A stretch of 64,000 nucleotides of DNA from NCBI GenBank assembly GCA_036172245.1, contig JAYWIR010000019.1, positions 1,364,001 to 1,428,000 of the forward strand. The letters run 5' to 3'. The translations under genes were made by a program, and so were the position numbers. The number at the start of each line of letters is the position of its first letter. The first letter of the stretch is position 1. Source of the DNA: Raillietiella orientalis. Its lineage: Eukaryota. Positions 24,260-37,636 of this stretch are shown here, piece after piece. Below the pieces are notes generated by a model that searched no databases, was not told where the DNA came from, and saw nothing but the letters and a program-made list of their open reading frames with translations.

Positions 24260-26289
24260 TCTCCTGAACGTGAGAACAGAGTTGCAAGAATACTCGATTA
24301 AGAATATATATAAAATTCATCAATTGTAATTCACAAGTCATGTTGCTACTAATTGCGTTTGTGATAGAGCATAATATTTTATGTTACTTTAAAACAGAGG
24401 AAAAAAAATCCCTTCTTGTTAAGGTTCTTTTTTTCAGTTTCTTTTTTTTTTATTGTTGCTGTTTTTGTTTTTTCAAATTAGCGTTTATAGTTTTGTACAG
24501 GCTATTTATTGGAATTCATATAAGACATACTGATGATGTGGAGTGTATATTGGGTATAATCTCAATCGTTATAAGCAAACAAGATATTCTTTCAACTTGA
24601 CAGGATACAGCCACTGGTTCCATTTGGTCAGAAATAATTGTGACTGATGAAAATTAGAGATCGGGGATTATGCAAAATCCCCAAATCAGAACCATATGAT
24701 GATATGGAGGGAAATTACAATGATCCTACCATGAAATTCATGTATTCTTCATATATACTTTTTACTTAACTAGAGATACTTCACGTATTGCTTCCGACGA
24801 AATAAAATGTTTCTTGTAGCAAGGCCAGTAAAGCTGAAGAGCATCAGTCTCCTAGCTATAACTTCCTTCGATGTACTCATATTTTAAAACAAATCACCAA
24901 CCAAGATTATAGCCAACAAACCTAAACATCGATCACCTTTCCATACCAACTTAATAACTCCCGTTTTTTTTTTTTGTATATATATTTTTTTTTAAAGGAA
25001 GATGAATACATTTGTGCAGATTCACTTTCTCTCAGACTCAAAATTTAATGGAAGACTGTGACATCTTTCGTAGATTTCAGTTATTGAATTCCTATTTATC
25101 TATGGCATCGAATTTCACTGCTTCAACCGAAGGCAGCATTCCTATGCACATCTACTTGAGTTTCTGTTAAACCAGAGAATGTAAGCAGCAAGGATGCATT
25201 AAAAACAGTTGTTTAGCAGACAAATGTATTGCAATGTTCACGACACTGATTTCAAAGGATCATAATGAACACACAAATGATCGTAAAAACAAAAAGCACA
25301 CTATTACAATGGAAGTTCCTCTATACGTGGAACTTCACGTGAAGGAAAAAATTATTCTGCATGACTTCATTTATGTAAACGACGACCTGGTTGAGAACTA
25401 AGCAGATGTACGCTGTTACTTTCAAAGCAGGGTTGATTTGTTCTCATGAAAGATATTGCAAGCTCTTCTAATCGTACTCGAAGTTATGCAGCTGCTCATT
25501 CCCATAAATCCATTTTCGCAATTTGAAGATTCACAGCTTCGAAATTATGGAAATAGAAGATTCGAGGCTGTTCAGCATGTTCACTACAAAACAAGCTAAC
25601 ATATGAGAATAAGAATGTCTCTGCTGCTAGTTCTCATTTTGGCTCAACTCCTCTTCCATTAAGGAACTTATTTTATGCCGCGGAAAGCTTGAACTCGAAA
25701 TGTTGACTGAACAAAAACTAATTTTCCCTCGTTGGCACAAATTCTATATGCTTTACTTGTGTAGTCTTGAAAAATCTTTGAAAAATCTGAACGACATGTA
25801 TTTCGATGAAAAAAAGAAAAAGAAAAACAATTGCCATTCAACATGACTATGTTCCATTTTGGGAGTGCTTGCAAAAAGTAGACTGTTTTTCACCTTCCCA
25901 AAAGCAAATGCAAATCTAAACGTGCAAAGAATGGTTTCGTGGAAGTGCAAATTCTTTTCGGAGAATCATTTAATAGTCTAACGAGGAAACACCTCGAGAT
26001 GCTCTCAATGAGTTGACGAAGTTAGCGGACTTTTTCAGAAAGAGGGGGGGCGGGTTCAGTATTCGATCCAGATTGCAGCCTGTCTGGGTAATTCAAACAC
26101 CCTTTTTTAGATATCAGTCTGGAGACATGCAAATGTTATATTCACAACTGCCTTCTCTATTCTTCGTGCAAAATATCTCATTGGCAGATGAAACCTCAAG
26201 ATTCATGAATCTGGGAAAGCAGGGAGTTTTTAACTTGGCTTCTTATATAATTCAGTTAGCAGTTCAGTTAACTCTTTTTAATGGTTTGT

Positions 26290-26309
26290 AAAAAAAAAAA
26301 AAAAAAAAA
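26290..26309 (+). repeat. A20 homopolymer
   Basis: Twenty consecutive A residues; possibly a retro-insertion tail, but no body identified. Confidence 0.85.
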
Positions 26310-27289
26310 GTTCGTGTTCTCTTGATTCAACGCCAGTTATGCGTGTTCACAATACTAAGAGCGGGAATTAGCTGATTACGTACAATGACTGTGAATAAAT
26401 TTTTGAAAAGTTTCTTTAGCTCTTTCTCATAGATGTGACAAGGAAAGATAATTCAGCGAATATTCTTTATATGGATCGTCTGGATTAGTTTGTCGCTGCT
26501 GGTTTTGGTTTTTAGAGATCTGTCGGCAAAATTTCATTGATTGTTCTTCATATGCATGATTTTTTTTATTTAGGATGAGAAGCCTCAAGCACCCATATGA
26601 GTTTTTATTTCTACGGGCAAATGATGAACCTTTACGATGCCATTGGAACTTCATTGAGTTCTATTATGTGGATAGGGACTTTGTTAGTGACTCGGAAAAC
26701 ATCTTTATTTTGCCACCAGCAATCTCCTGCTGAATAATATGCATGCCGGTGTAAAGAATCAACAGTAAATCTTGTGGTGTGTACACTTGGATCCCGAGGG
26801 CAGAATCTGCCCATTTTTACTGTGTTCATTCGTTTGCTTAAAGTTGCGAAAGTGGCGGAAAAGTTGTTAAACTCTTGCTTTGCGTTCCAGAGCTTCTTTT
26901 GCTCTGGAATTTCCAAGTAGTAAAATCCTTGCTCGTTAATCTTTGGCACTGTTGCGCATCCGCTTCCTTTTCACGAGGAATGCGTGGTCTCGTTCCGCCT
27001 TCGAAGGAAACCCAATGGAAATGCCCACGCTCGGAGATGAAGGAACGCTGGAAATCTCTGCCTTGAGAAATCCTACTGTTCAGAGATTCATGGAGTTTGC
27101 CCGCAACTAACAAACTTACAAATAACCAAGAGGAACTCCCATGTGGGAAAGTCAGCGTCGTGTCAAGGTGCATCTCACGGATGATTTTTAAGAAAACTGG
27201 CACACCGAAAAGTTAGAGTGAAATGGAATAATTGTATTATTGAAGAAATGGGTTACTGAGGATTTCAATCGATCCACCCTGGAAAAGGA

Positions 27290-27870
27290 AGCAGGCACTG
27301 GTGAGTCCTCACCGGTGCCTCGCAGCAAGGAACTCTGGGGACAAGGGCTGGCATTGTGGATTCCTTGCTTCTTTCCCGCTCTACGGGAGACGTGCCGACT
27401 GACCACCAGTGACCGCAAACAGTTGGCCACCGGTGACAAGCGCAGCCGACCGTGGCTGTTCCTCTACACGGTAGAGGTGAAAGGAAGACTCACCCACAGG
27501 ACGCGCGTGCTTTGGAAGAATCAAGCACCCGGTGCGTGGATGTTGGTGGCCAAAGATGGAATCCTAGACAGGCAGAAGGGCGACAAAGCCCTCGCCACGG
27601 CCGCCAACAGCTTTCGGGATCCAAAACGCGAATCTGGAGCAGCAATTTGGAGGGGGAGCCTACCACCGGACATCCAGGATGACCTCCTCATGTCTTACCA
27701 CGGAGGTACTGTGAGCAGTTCAAGAACGAAACACTGGACGCGGAATCCAGGGAACGAGATCTGCATGGCGTGTGGAGACAAGGAAACCTCCAGCTCCAGG
27801 ACCTCCTCAAGCTGGAAAGCGCTCGAGGCGGTGACGAGGGTTTCGTTCAAAATCCGATGGGATCATAAAA
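27290..27870 (+). mobile_element. Decayed non-LTR retrotransposon ORF2 C-terminal (zf-RVT-like) fragment
   Basis: ORF 27240-27917 contains AAIWRGSLPPDIQDDLLMSYHGGTVSSSRTKHWTRNPGNEICMACGDKET, fitting IW....P.......H......R.....C..CG..ET; the distal His/Cys are lost. It is a GC-richer block inside AT-rich DNA. Confidence 0.6.
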
Positions 27871-27884
27871 CCCGAAAGATCTTG

Positions 27885-28545
27885 AAAATAAATACATATG
27901 GTTGTTATATACATTAATACATGTATTTGTATATAGACTAATATACATATTAACATATACAGATTAGAAAAATAGCTATATGTGCTTATAATGTGCATTA
28001 ATGCACATATTTATATGTACATTAACATGAAAATTTATTTCAACATACGTATTATTAATACAATTAATAATATGTTTCAATATATGATTACCATATGTTA
28101 AAGATTATAAAACTAAACGTTAGGTTGATATATGCATTGGCATACATCTATATTCCCAATAAATACATATCAAATGAATGTATAAGTATGGAATTAAAAA
28201 AAAAATGAAAAATGATGGGGGCAAAAACTGTATTTCATTTTCCTTTCATTTCCAGCACTCAACAAGTCGATTTTCTCAGCAGCTGATGGATTCCATTTTC
28301 GGAATTGTGATCGTTTGGTAAATATATACCTTCGTAACTCGATATTGAAATATTCATTTCATGTATGTTCATTATCTGCATGAATATGTGTTAATGTATA
28401 CAATGAGCGCATATATTCATTTTTATTAATCTAATATATATATTAATAATATATTAATGCAGATCACTTATGTTGACAGTATGCATGTTGATCTATGTAT
28501 AAATACATATATATATGTATGTATGTATGTATATTTATTTGCTGT
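27885..28545. repeat. AT-rich low-complexity tract with (TA)n/(TATG)n
   Basis: Repeated atac/atat/attaat motifs and a (TATG) run near 28514-28531. Confidence 0.8.
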
Positions 28546-28556
28546 GCTGTGATACA

Positions 28557-28640
28557 TTCTCCCCGCCGCTTGTCGGACTGGGGGGCTCGGAAGGCGTTCC
28601 GGTACTGTTCGCAGGCGCCATCCCGTTCCTGGAATCGTTT
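28557..28640 (-). mobile_element. Possible LTR retrotransposon pol end and polypurine tract
   Basis: The minus strand reads RLRTVPERL, then purine-rich agcggcggggagaa, then TGT at 28556, at a sharp GC-to-AT transition. No second LTR or pol domains found. Confidence 0.25.
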
Positions 28641-30329
28641 TGAATCCCTGCTTGCGGTTCTGCGTTAGGCAAGTGCTTTCTGATTTCATTTTCACTGCAT
28701 CTTTGCTAAACCCAACAGGAGGAGGAGCGTCAAATATCTTTTACACATCGTGTGGATTTCTTGAACTGTCTTCTTTCTTGTCCCCGAAGGCTTTGTTCCC
28801 CGAAGAAGGGTGCTGACAAGTTTGTGTTTGAGTGATGCTGCTGCTCTTGTCCGCGTGCGTCTGCTTGGTTTTTCGGAAATCGAACGATCTTTCACGACCT
28901 TTCTACAGAGAGAGAGGTCCACGGGGCTGGTCGGTTTCGGATCCACTCTGCGAAGGGTGGATCAGAACCGAAAGAGTGTGAACTCTGTTTGAGCTGCGCT
29001 CTACCACCTCCCTCCCTCCCCGACGCTCAGGAAAGCTCCACAGATCCATTGAGATCGGAAATCTGCTGGACAATCACTGAGAAGCAGAAATCTTTTCCTG
29101 TGTGCTCAGGACGCTGTGAGAACAGCGAGACACACCTCCCACCTCCAGAGAGTTGCACTGTGGAGGAGCTTCGAAGGCAGAGGGGATTTTCGGTGGAGCA
29201 TCCCCCTTCCAAACATGGCTCGAATCTCGTCATTTTGATCCTACCCATAGCTTTATCAGCGTTCTGCTGGCCGTGTACGGAAGCGCACAGCAGAGAGCCG
29301 TTCTTCTGGCACGGGAGACAAACAGAACTTCCTCCTGGGTGCGGTCCTGCCGAGATACCCGTGCAGCCGTAGTGCGTGGCTCTACCGCTTGGTCCGAGCC
29401 GATGATGTGAGCCAGCCTCATCTGTGTAGCATGAGCAGTTCGGTTACCGGCCTCATCAGTTAAGCATGAAGGCCAGTTTCACTTGGCGCCGAAATTGGTA
29501 GTGATCAATAGGCAAATCGGCTGTGGAACTGCATTTATCTCTGCACGCATTGCGCTGTCTGCTATCGACCGGAAAAGTGGATCATTTCGATAGGAACCTC
29601 CTGCTGTGTCGGCCGTAATCACCTCGTCCTGACTGGATGATAAATAATAGGCAAATTTCGGTAATGCTTTTGTAAGCTATGCTTTCAGGAGAGCTCCAGC
29701 ATTTTCGTGAGCCTTGTCTCTCTCTTAAGAGGTCAATAATTCCTGTTATACACCTCTTTTCCGTCAAGACTTTTCTTATTTCATTTTTCGCCTCTCCTGG
29801 ATCTATGACATCCCTTTTGATTCTTTTTTTTCTCTGCACTTTTTTTTTTTTCCTCTTCGAAATTGGAATTCTTCACCGTCGTCGATAATAACTGATTACA
29901 TTTCGATAACTCGCCTCGGTGCCTGTTTTTTTCCTCAGAGGCCGTGTTAAATCGCCCGACTATCCCTTTTTTCCTCTGCGGGCATGGGAACGGATTCTGT
30001 CACTGACGCAACGTTCATATGGGCTTCTGTTGAGAATCATGGAAAAAGGCAAAGAGCAACACAAAGACAAAAAAGGAATGCAGATAGAGCAGCATATGTT
30101 ATTTAGCTTTTCTCTTATCGAATGAAAGATAATATTTCACGTGTCAAGTCAGTAGGCTTCCGTCACGAGACCAGCAAACGGCGCGAAGGGATGGATTTTA
30201 AAGCCGGCCAGAGGGGGGTTGTTTCAGAATGGCCTGGGATGTAGAAGCGATGGGCCAAGGAATTGCAAAGATTGCAAACATGTTAACGATCACGCGCTAG
30301 CGAATGGGGCTGAGGTCTGATTCTGGCCT

Positions 30330-31020
30330 ACGAGGGGGCAGTTTCGATTTGAAATTCGGAAAAGGGAAACCAAGAAGGCTGAACGGAGGCAACGGTCACT
30401 TTTGAGTTGCTACCGCCATAGGGCATCCGATTTTTGTACTCCTTGATTTCGCGCACTTGGGAGTGGAGAACGCTCTCGCGAGGATTAGATTTCTGGAGCG
30501 CGATTTTTAGAGCTGAGGCTCCAAGTGCCTTTTGTCTCTCTTTAAAGATCTCACTGGTGCTTCTATCGATTTATGAACCGAGTCTCGCAATCTTTACCTG
30601 CTAGAAGGTCCACTGTTTTGTTTATCGTCATCGAATTCGAGGAACATCAAGGAGCACGTGCGGATGAGAACTCTTCCATAGCTAAATTCCCACTCTGGAA
30701 TGTGTTTTCCTTAGAACTCTAGGAAAGCCCTATTTGCAGGAGCGTTCCATGTCTTCATAGATGGCAGTCATTCTACAGGCGAGGGACTTTTTCCTTCATA
30801 TAGAAACATCCATCAGGAGACATCGCCTTCAACGATCACCAACTGATGCTGGCATCCATATCCCATCAGCAGTGGACTACTACGAAAGGCAGAAAATTAA
30901 GGAACTCATAGCGTTCAAATGGAACTCGAAGCTCGAAGTCTGGCTGCTTACTGGACCCTCGTCCCAAGTACAACGGGACTCTAACGGTGTGTTGGCTAAG
31001 AAAAATCCTCTTTGCATCTA
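30330..31020 (+). mobile_element. Possible decayed non-LTR reverse transcriptase C-terminal region
   Basis: Ordered remnants DLKFGKGK, FAHLGV (cf. YKYLG) and RLQRSPTDAGIHIPSAVDYY (cf. RLY.P...GG.G.P....YY), interrupted by stops. Confidence 0.3.
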
Positions 31021-34000
31021 AAAGAGCGAAATGGAAGGGACTCTTGTCTGCCGGTGCTCGGTTCGTCACACGAGCAACGGGCGGAACGCGATTCAAAAAG
31101 ATCGCATGCTCTTTAGCTAAGCCCATGAAACACTTCGGGCAAGCACAGCTTCCCGGGGAAAAAAAACTTGAAAATCTTCCCCTCAGTACCTGCTTAACCA
31201 GGATGGGAGGATCTCTCATAAGAATCAATCCTTCCATGCTGGAAGTTCACAAAGTTTTCATAGAATAGAAAAAGGGAACTTCACTAGTAGAACGCATATG
31301 CCTTCTGCGAGCTGCGATTCTCAGATGCTGTGGAGGAATAATCACAAGAAAAACGAGAACGACCTATAAAGTGTTAATGTGAAGTGTGAACGCTCGTGCT
31401 TGGTCCCTCACCAGTGAGCCTTCTGTAACGGTCCGCATCCGGAGATGAGAGGCACAGACTGATGACTGCTTTCATTCTATGAGAAAGTCTCGTCGTATCC
31501 TTAGGCCGCCGCTCGTGAGTTCCTTTAATCGTTCGATTTTTCTTCAGAGCTCCGAGCCCATACTGGAGGGACGTGCGCGCTTTTCGGCTCGGAGAAAAGT
31601 TCATGTCTTCGTTTGGTTATCCCTTTGTTTCGCAAGAAATAAGAGAAAAACTGTCATCGCGATCAAGATGAATTAGAAATCAAAGACCCCCTTGCTTTTA
31701 GTACCTAGAAGCTGTCATCTGAACTGTACCGAGCCCAGAAAATAACTTTTTTGAATGCATGTTCCTTCCCATTGAGGACTACATCTTCAAAGGGGAAGAA
31801 TTAATAACGACGCATGTTACAGCGCTTCATTTCGGAAGTCTTTCTCAATTGCTCGTCTTGTAGGAATCCAACCAGCTTCACCAACGCGGATGAAGCCAGC
31901 CTTTCTACTCTGTACATCTTCTCTGTTGGAACATCTTTCACTCTACATGCTTATGGAGGAAGAAATTAACATACTGGTCCATTTTCAATAATTTGATGTG
32001 ATGTTTAACCGGAGGTAGGAGGAGGGAAGAGATCGCAAGATGCTCTAGGAGAGTGCGAAGCCTTTAGAAAGAGCAAAATTTTTCGTTGTTATTCTTGCTT
32101 CGATGGAACACCAGACGAGAAGAATGTTCGAAGTTCGCATCCCAAGCATCAGGGGATGCCATAAACCTCCAATTCTAATGGATGCAACACAGCAGGAATG
32201 GCTCGCGACAACTCCGGTTTCCAAGCAACCAGGCCACGGCTGGCATTTCCAACGGAGCAGGTGGAGGTGCTCGGATGTTGAGGAGACTGAAAGATTTTAA
32301 TTCTGAAAGGAGACGACATCAAAATGCTCACTCTGGGGCAGGAATCCAGTGCTCAGAAGGGATCTTACAGGCAAGCAGTGCCTAGTAACGGTGGACAGAT
32401 TCGAGTATTGAGCAAGATTTAGGAGGCGAAATAAAAGTGCCATAATCAAAAAGAGAAAGAGCGAGATTCAGGACCAAAGTCAGAGATCTGGAGGGATCCG
32501 CCCAGCGCGAAAGATAGAAATGAGGACGCGAAGGAGGAAAACTCGGGGAGTGGTGAAGAGCTGCAAAAGTTTCGCTTTGAGCAAAACCTCCCTTCAGATC
32601 CCCGTTCCAATGAGCTGGGAGCATCAGAAGGCATTCCCTGAGGTGAAGATGGGCTTCTCTTTCAAAGGTCGTCTCTCTGCAACGTCTTCTGAAACGCCAT
32701 TCCTGTTTCCGTCCTTCATCCAGAGATCGATCTTTCAGAGATGACCTCGTTCGAAAGATGTGCCATGACGACAAGCTTCCGTCCACTTGAGATGACCCGG
32801 TGGATTTTCGTTGCATCTGCTTCCAATACAACTGAGACTCCGGTGCAGTCGAATCAAAAAACCTCCTTTTACGCTCCACAAGCTTGGTTATTGTCAGTGG
32901 AGCAGCAGGAAGCAGGCGGGAAAGTGGATAGCTCGTGATTTCGACTGCCCACGATATTCACCTGTGATGCTGCGTTCGCATGTACCGAGAAGTTCTTATG
33001 CGAATTCCCACGGGATTTTTCGAGAGTTGTGATCGCTGGTTTGATTCCGCAGAGATAGTTGCTTCACATAGTTGCATCAAAATCCCTTCTCCCCTCCCTT
33101 CTTTACGGGACAGCAGCGACGCCTTGCGGAAGCAGGGCTGCTGGAGTTTTTGCGAGTCCAAGCATCCGAAAACGTGCTCGAAGTTCAACACGAAAACGAG
33201 AAGGAATCGACGCGGCAGGAGGGACTTAGGAGACGAGAATTTATCATCCCTACTCTGATGTTCTATGATGGGATGCATTTTTTCCTTCCAGCTTCTCGTA
33301 AAGCCCAAGTCAGACCTGCATGCCCCCTACTTTAGAGCTCTCGAGTTTACTCGATGCTGGTGTTTTCCTCGCTTCCAGGTGAATGTCCACCAGCCTTTGC
33401 ACTTACGAGGACTCATTTATCTGAGAACAGCACGCAAGGACTCTTCGAGGAGACTGTCGTACAAAATGGTGGAAGTGACGACACTTTGCTCGATAGCACT
33501 TCAAATCTCGAACCAGATCCGTCTCACACTATGGGATAAAGCAATGAGCCTTGTTGAAAATATGAATTTCCGGAAGGGAGAAAGACGAGGATGCTACGCT
33601 TCGAGCGTGCTCCAGTTCGCCAGAGCTTCACGAATCGAAAAAGCATTTTTTCCAATTCTTTTTTTTCTACTCTCTTGAATCAGGCAGTGCAGCTACTTGG
33701 GCAATGCCATTGCATCTGATCTCATTTCTTCCATTGCTTTGTTGCCCGGAAAATGTTCCAGGTAACCTTGACGCGACGTCGGCTTGTGCTGTGGCTTGGA
33801 AATGTGCTCGTGAATGAGCCCTATCTCGTGCCTCGGCAAGCATCCCAGCCTTACTAGTTGCAGAAGGAATTATGGAGGAGAAATCGGAAATTCAGGAAAG
33901 CGGAACTGAAGAGGAGAAGATCTGCAGGGTTTCCCAGACAACCCTTTCTGTTTCTGGGATTCTCAAGGAATCCAACTGGTTCAACGCTGCAGGAGTGAGC

Positions 34001-35127
34001 CTCTTTGAGTCGACCGATCTCACTTGTCGCATCTTTCACGAATCGCGTGCCATTGTACTTGAGCGTATGGGTTCGAGACACCCCATAATTTCGTATTGCT
34101 TGGGAGGAAGACGCGAGAACGTGCAAGCAGCTTTCAGCCTCAGCTGTTCCCCAGAAAGCTTGCTGTATTCATCACCTGTAGTTACTCTCGGATTCTAACG
34201 GCGCCTTGTCATTTCATCACTTATTTATCGCTGGATTCCGATGGGGAATTCCAATGAAAGAAATCGGCAGATCTTTCATTTTCGTGCAGCATCGCGTTAC
34301 TTCGTTTACTTTGCAGCAACTTGATGAGGATGACTTGCTAGCGGGGTGCTTTGATTCTCGTCTCCGTCGCCGCGATGTCGGCCTCTTCAGCTCCTCTTGT
34401 TTGCCGAGTTCCTTTCAGGCTGGACTCCGCCACGTTCTTCAGGGATGGCAGCAAACGTTCTCCTGTCTTCTCCATGCTGATCTGCGGGGAAGCCAAAATT
34501 TCTCCTAGCCGCTTCACCTACTTCCTGATCTACGGAAGCGAAGGAGAGAGTTGTAAACTCCTTCTTAGCTTTGCCCGTGAGAGTTGCTGTCTGAACTGCC
34601 ACATCTGGAAAACGAAGACTTACCCGGAAGACGAGAAAGAGACCCATTCGCAACGGCGAGGGCAAACACCACACTCACGGACGGTACGCACCGGAGTGGC
34701 AGAAAATTCGTCGTCACCTGCCACTGGAAACGGATGTTCCCTCACGAGAAGATGGAAAGAAGCGCCTTGAATTGATTCCACAGTGCTCCAGGAAAAACAA
34801 GTTTTATTGCCTGCACTTCGGTTCGAACGTGGACCATCTCCGGAACTGGCAAGCATTCCACCAGTGCTGTTCACTCTCAGGAGCTCTTGCTTGTTCTTGT
34901 TCTTGTTCTTCTCCTCCCCCTCCTGCCATCACGCCTATTTCCGAGGTTGCGTGCTGAGAATCCTAGACGAATGTGTGCGCGCCGAGGAAGCCCCCTGCGA
35001 CCATACTAGAAAGAGGAGGCGGCTACCGAGACTTTCTCGCACCCAAAAAAAGAAGAACAGCGCCAGTCGACTTGGCATTACCGACAGGACCCCATTCAGC
35101 CTCTATGCGGCGGCGGGTTCCGTCCTG

Positions 35128-36234
35128 TCAGCAGAACGTCATCCGGGAAACACTGGGGCTCTCCAGAAGTGAGCTGCCGCAGTCTTGCCTCACATACAGT
35201 ATGGACTCGCTGGGGATGTCTTTGCTGTGGTTCCGAAGCGGGATCGAGTAGCCTCTGTCCCTCCTTCTCGAGATCTCCTTGTGGCGCATGCACTTCAGCT
35301 GCTCCCGGAAGAGCGTGCGAAAGTTTTCCGACAGGAAAGCGTAGAGGATGGGGTTGATGCACGAGTTGGTGTACGCCAAGCAGTTCGCAGCTATCTGCAG
35401 GATGATCCTCTCAGGGATATCGCTCGTATAAAGCTTCAGGCTTTTCAGCACCTGGATGATCTGGATTGGCATCCAGCAGAGGGCGAAGGCTGTGATCACT
35501 GCCGTCACGACCTTGGTCACCTTTCGCTTGCCTTGAAGGGTCTCGCGTGATATCCGTGTACTCGTGACTCTTCTCCAGAGCCTCCACAGGATCTTGGAGT
35601 AAAGAAAGCTTATGAGGGTCAGAGGCAAAAAGTACGAAGTGGCGAAAAAGGTGATCTGAACGATGAGCAGCATCCCGTCTCCTTTGACGAACTTGCAGAC
35701 GGCTCGCTGCTCAGAAAAGTATTCGTAGCTCACCTCCCCATAGACGAAAAACGCTGGAAGGCACAGGACGAGAGCGAAGGTCCAGGTCACTAGCAGCGCT
35801 TTTTTCGTGTTGTTCATGGTTCGTATCGCGAGGGAGTTCACCGGAAAAATAACCGCCAGGAACCTGTCGACGGACATCAACACCAGAGTGTAGATGCTCA
35901 CGTAGGCCGTGACATGGATCAGGTAGTGGACCACCTTGCACCAAAAGTCCCCAGACAGCCAATGTCTGACTGACAGATAATCGGAAGCGGTGGATGGGAC
36001 GCAGATGATGATGAACAAAAGGTCCGACGATGCCAAATTGAGGATGAGAGTGTTCGTACTGTTCAGCATCTTATTTCTGCACACGACGAGAATGACCAAT
36101 ATGTTCCCAGCAAGTCCAAGGATGAAAATGGTGCCGAAAAGGACAGGTACAGCCACAGATATCACGTTGTGCAAAGAATACATCCCTTCCGCAACTGCAA
36201 GAGTGGAGTTTTCAAGGAAATCTGCTTCTTTCAT
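35128..36234 (-). CDS. AstA-R: Class A neuropeptide GPCR, allatostatin-A receptor-like (galanin receptor family), single coding exon, 368 aa
   Basis: Uninterrupted ORF with seven hydrophobic segments and class A motifs: GN..V (TM1), NLA..DLLF (TM2), WCK and YTLVLMSVDRFLAV (TM3), FFATSY.LPL (TM5), FALCW.PIQ (TM6), LAYTNSCINPILYAFLSENFR (TM7/helix 8, typical of AstA/galanin receptors). There is an N-terminal NST glycosylation sequon. The GPCR call is secure; exact orthology is less so. Confidence 0.9.
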   Translation of the reverse strand: MKEADFLENSTLAVAEGMYSLHNVISVAVPVLFGTIFILGLAGNILVILVVCRNKMLNSTNTLILNLASSDLLFIIICVPSTASDYLSVRHWLSGDFWCKVVHYLIHVTAYVSIYTLVLMSVDRFLAVIFPVNSLAIRTMNNTKKALLVTWTFALVLCLPAFFVYGEVSYEYFSEQRAVCKFVKGDGMLLIVQITFFATSYFLPLTLISFLYSKILWRLWRRVTSTRISRETLQGKRKVTKVVTAVITAFALCWMPIQIIQVLKSLKLYTSDIPERIILQIAANCLAYTNSCINPILYAFLSENFRTLFREQLKCMRHKEISRRRDRGYSIPLRNHSKDIPSESILYVRQDCGSSLLESPSVSRMTFC

Positions 36235-37410
36235 TCTTTTTCTTCCATTATCATGGAACGGAGGAGCACAAAAAGCACTTTTTTCCCCTCTTCAGACACG
36301 GTCCTCTGACGACTAGAACAGAATGCTTCTTCCTGGGTACTCTTTCTAAGGTTCGGAACACTTGCTTCTGAATGGAGATTTCGGAATTCCTTCCGTGTCA
36401 GACAAAAGATAGGTACCCATCACTGTGGCATCCAGCCGCTGCAGTCAAGACGAAGGATGGATCTTGAAAAGCAGAAAGAAACTCAGATTAATCTGTCTCT
36501 TCCTGAAACCGTTGAAGGAACTGGAAAAAATCAATCCATCATGAAGGCGCATCACAAATGAGTACATCTCTACGCAGGTTTTTTCTGCAGCTAAGAGAGA
36601 CGTCATGGCAGAGAGCCGCGGCGAGACAAGACTGCAGCAAAAATGTCCACTTTTGCAAGAACGGGATGAATCTCACCGAACCCTTGATTCTTGAATTCCC
36701 GTCTTCCGTTTATTGACACAAGAGGAGTGGGGGGGGGGGGGGGTCGTTTTGCGAAAGTGTATTTTTCTTCATCCTTTTTTAAAAAAGGATTGCTTTCGGA
36801 AAGAAGAATGGCGAAAGTGGTCTCATGCGATGAGCACGCACGCTATGACAAACAGGAACGTGTGGTCCAAGGGGAAAGCAGTGCCTCACTCGGGCTACTT
36901 AACGACTTGCTGAGAGACCGCGATCCTCTCAACGATAGCTCGGATCAGCGTAACATTTCTAGCTATTCCTGTCGCAACCAGGATCGAAGCGTGCATCGAG
37001 ACAAAAGAACACTCATCCACCGGTTGCCTGACACCGTCAGCCGCCACTCTGGGACTATCGCGCGCAACTGCACCAATCGAAAGCCACGCACATTTGAATG
37101 CCGAGTGATTGACTCATAAATCAGACTGCAAACTCGGCTAACCTGTGCGACGTCCTTAGAGACCACAGAAACGAGAACCCTACTGCATCTTCTGGCGCAG
37201 ACAGAGCAACAGCAAACCTATCCTTTCCAAGTGCCCTTTCAGACGCTTCCACCATCACCAAAACTCGCTCAAGCCAAGACTCATATCGCGACCGCCTCGG
37301 TAAAAGAAACGACCAAGCGACGTACTGCATGTGCTCTTGAACTTTTTAATAGCTCCAGAAATCCAAATTCTGCAGCTGAACGCAGCACCAAGGAGACGGA
37401 ACTTTTCTCA

Positions 37411-37636
37411 GGGACGGTTCGATATGCATCGGGAAGTCAGGTCGAAGGGAGGCGGCATGCAGGGAGGAAGCGAACGGGCTGGAGAGAAGATTCGAGAAGA
37501 TTGCCAGATTCCCTTCGACCAGAAAGCCGTCTTCCAAGTATCCAACCAGACCGACCGAAAGGGGGTTTCTCCCTGATTGCCGGTCGCTCACCGTGCCTCC
37601 GTTCCCGGAGCAGCCATCTCGTCTCGCCGAGGTTGC
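37411..37636 (+). repeat. ~225 bp dispersed direct repeat, copy 1
   Basis: Shares blocks ggacggttcg.tatgcatcgggaagtc, tggagagaaga.tcgagaagattgccagattcccttcgacca, ttgccggtcgctc and tccgttcccggagcagccatct with 38861-39076. Confidence 0.9.

Noticed and set aside
25312..25336. FRT-like site GAAGTTCC...GGAACTTC
   Set aside because: Only 8 bp arms with the wrong spacing versus the 34 bp FRT, and no vector sequence nearby; likely chance.
24300..26400. Divergent plus-strand gene sharing the POLD2 promoter
   Set aside because: Some acceptor-like sites and short frames exist, but no coherent or recognisable product; cannot be excluded without RNA data.
35169..36316. Overlapping ORFs across the GPCR
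   Set aside because: Antisense or alternate-frame shadows of the real coding sequence.
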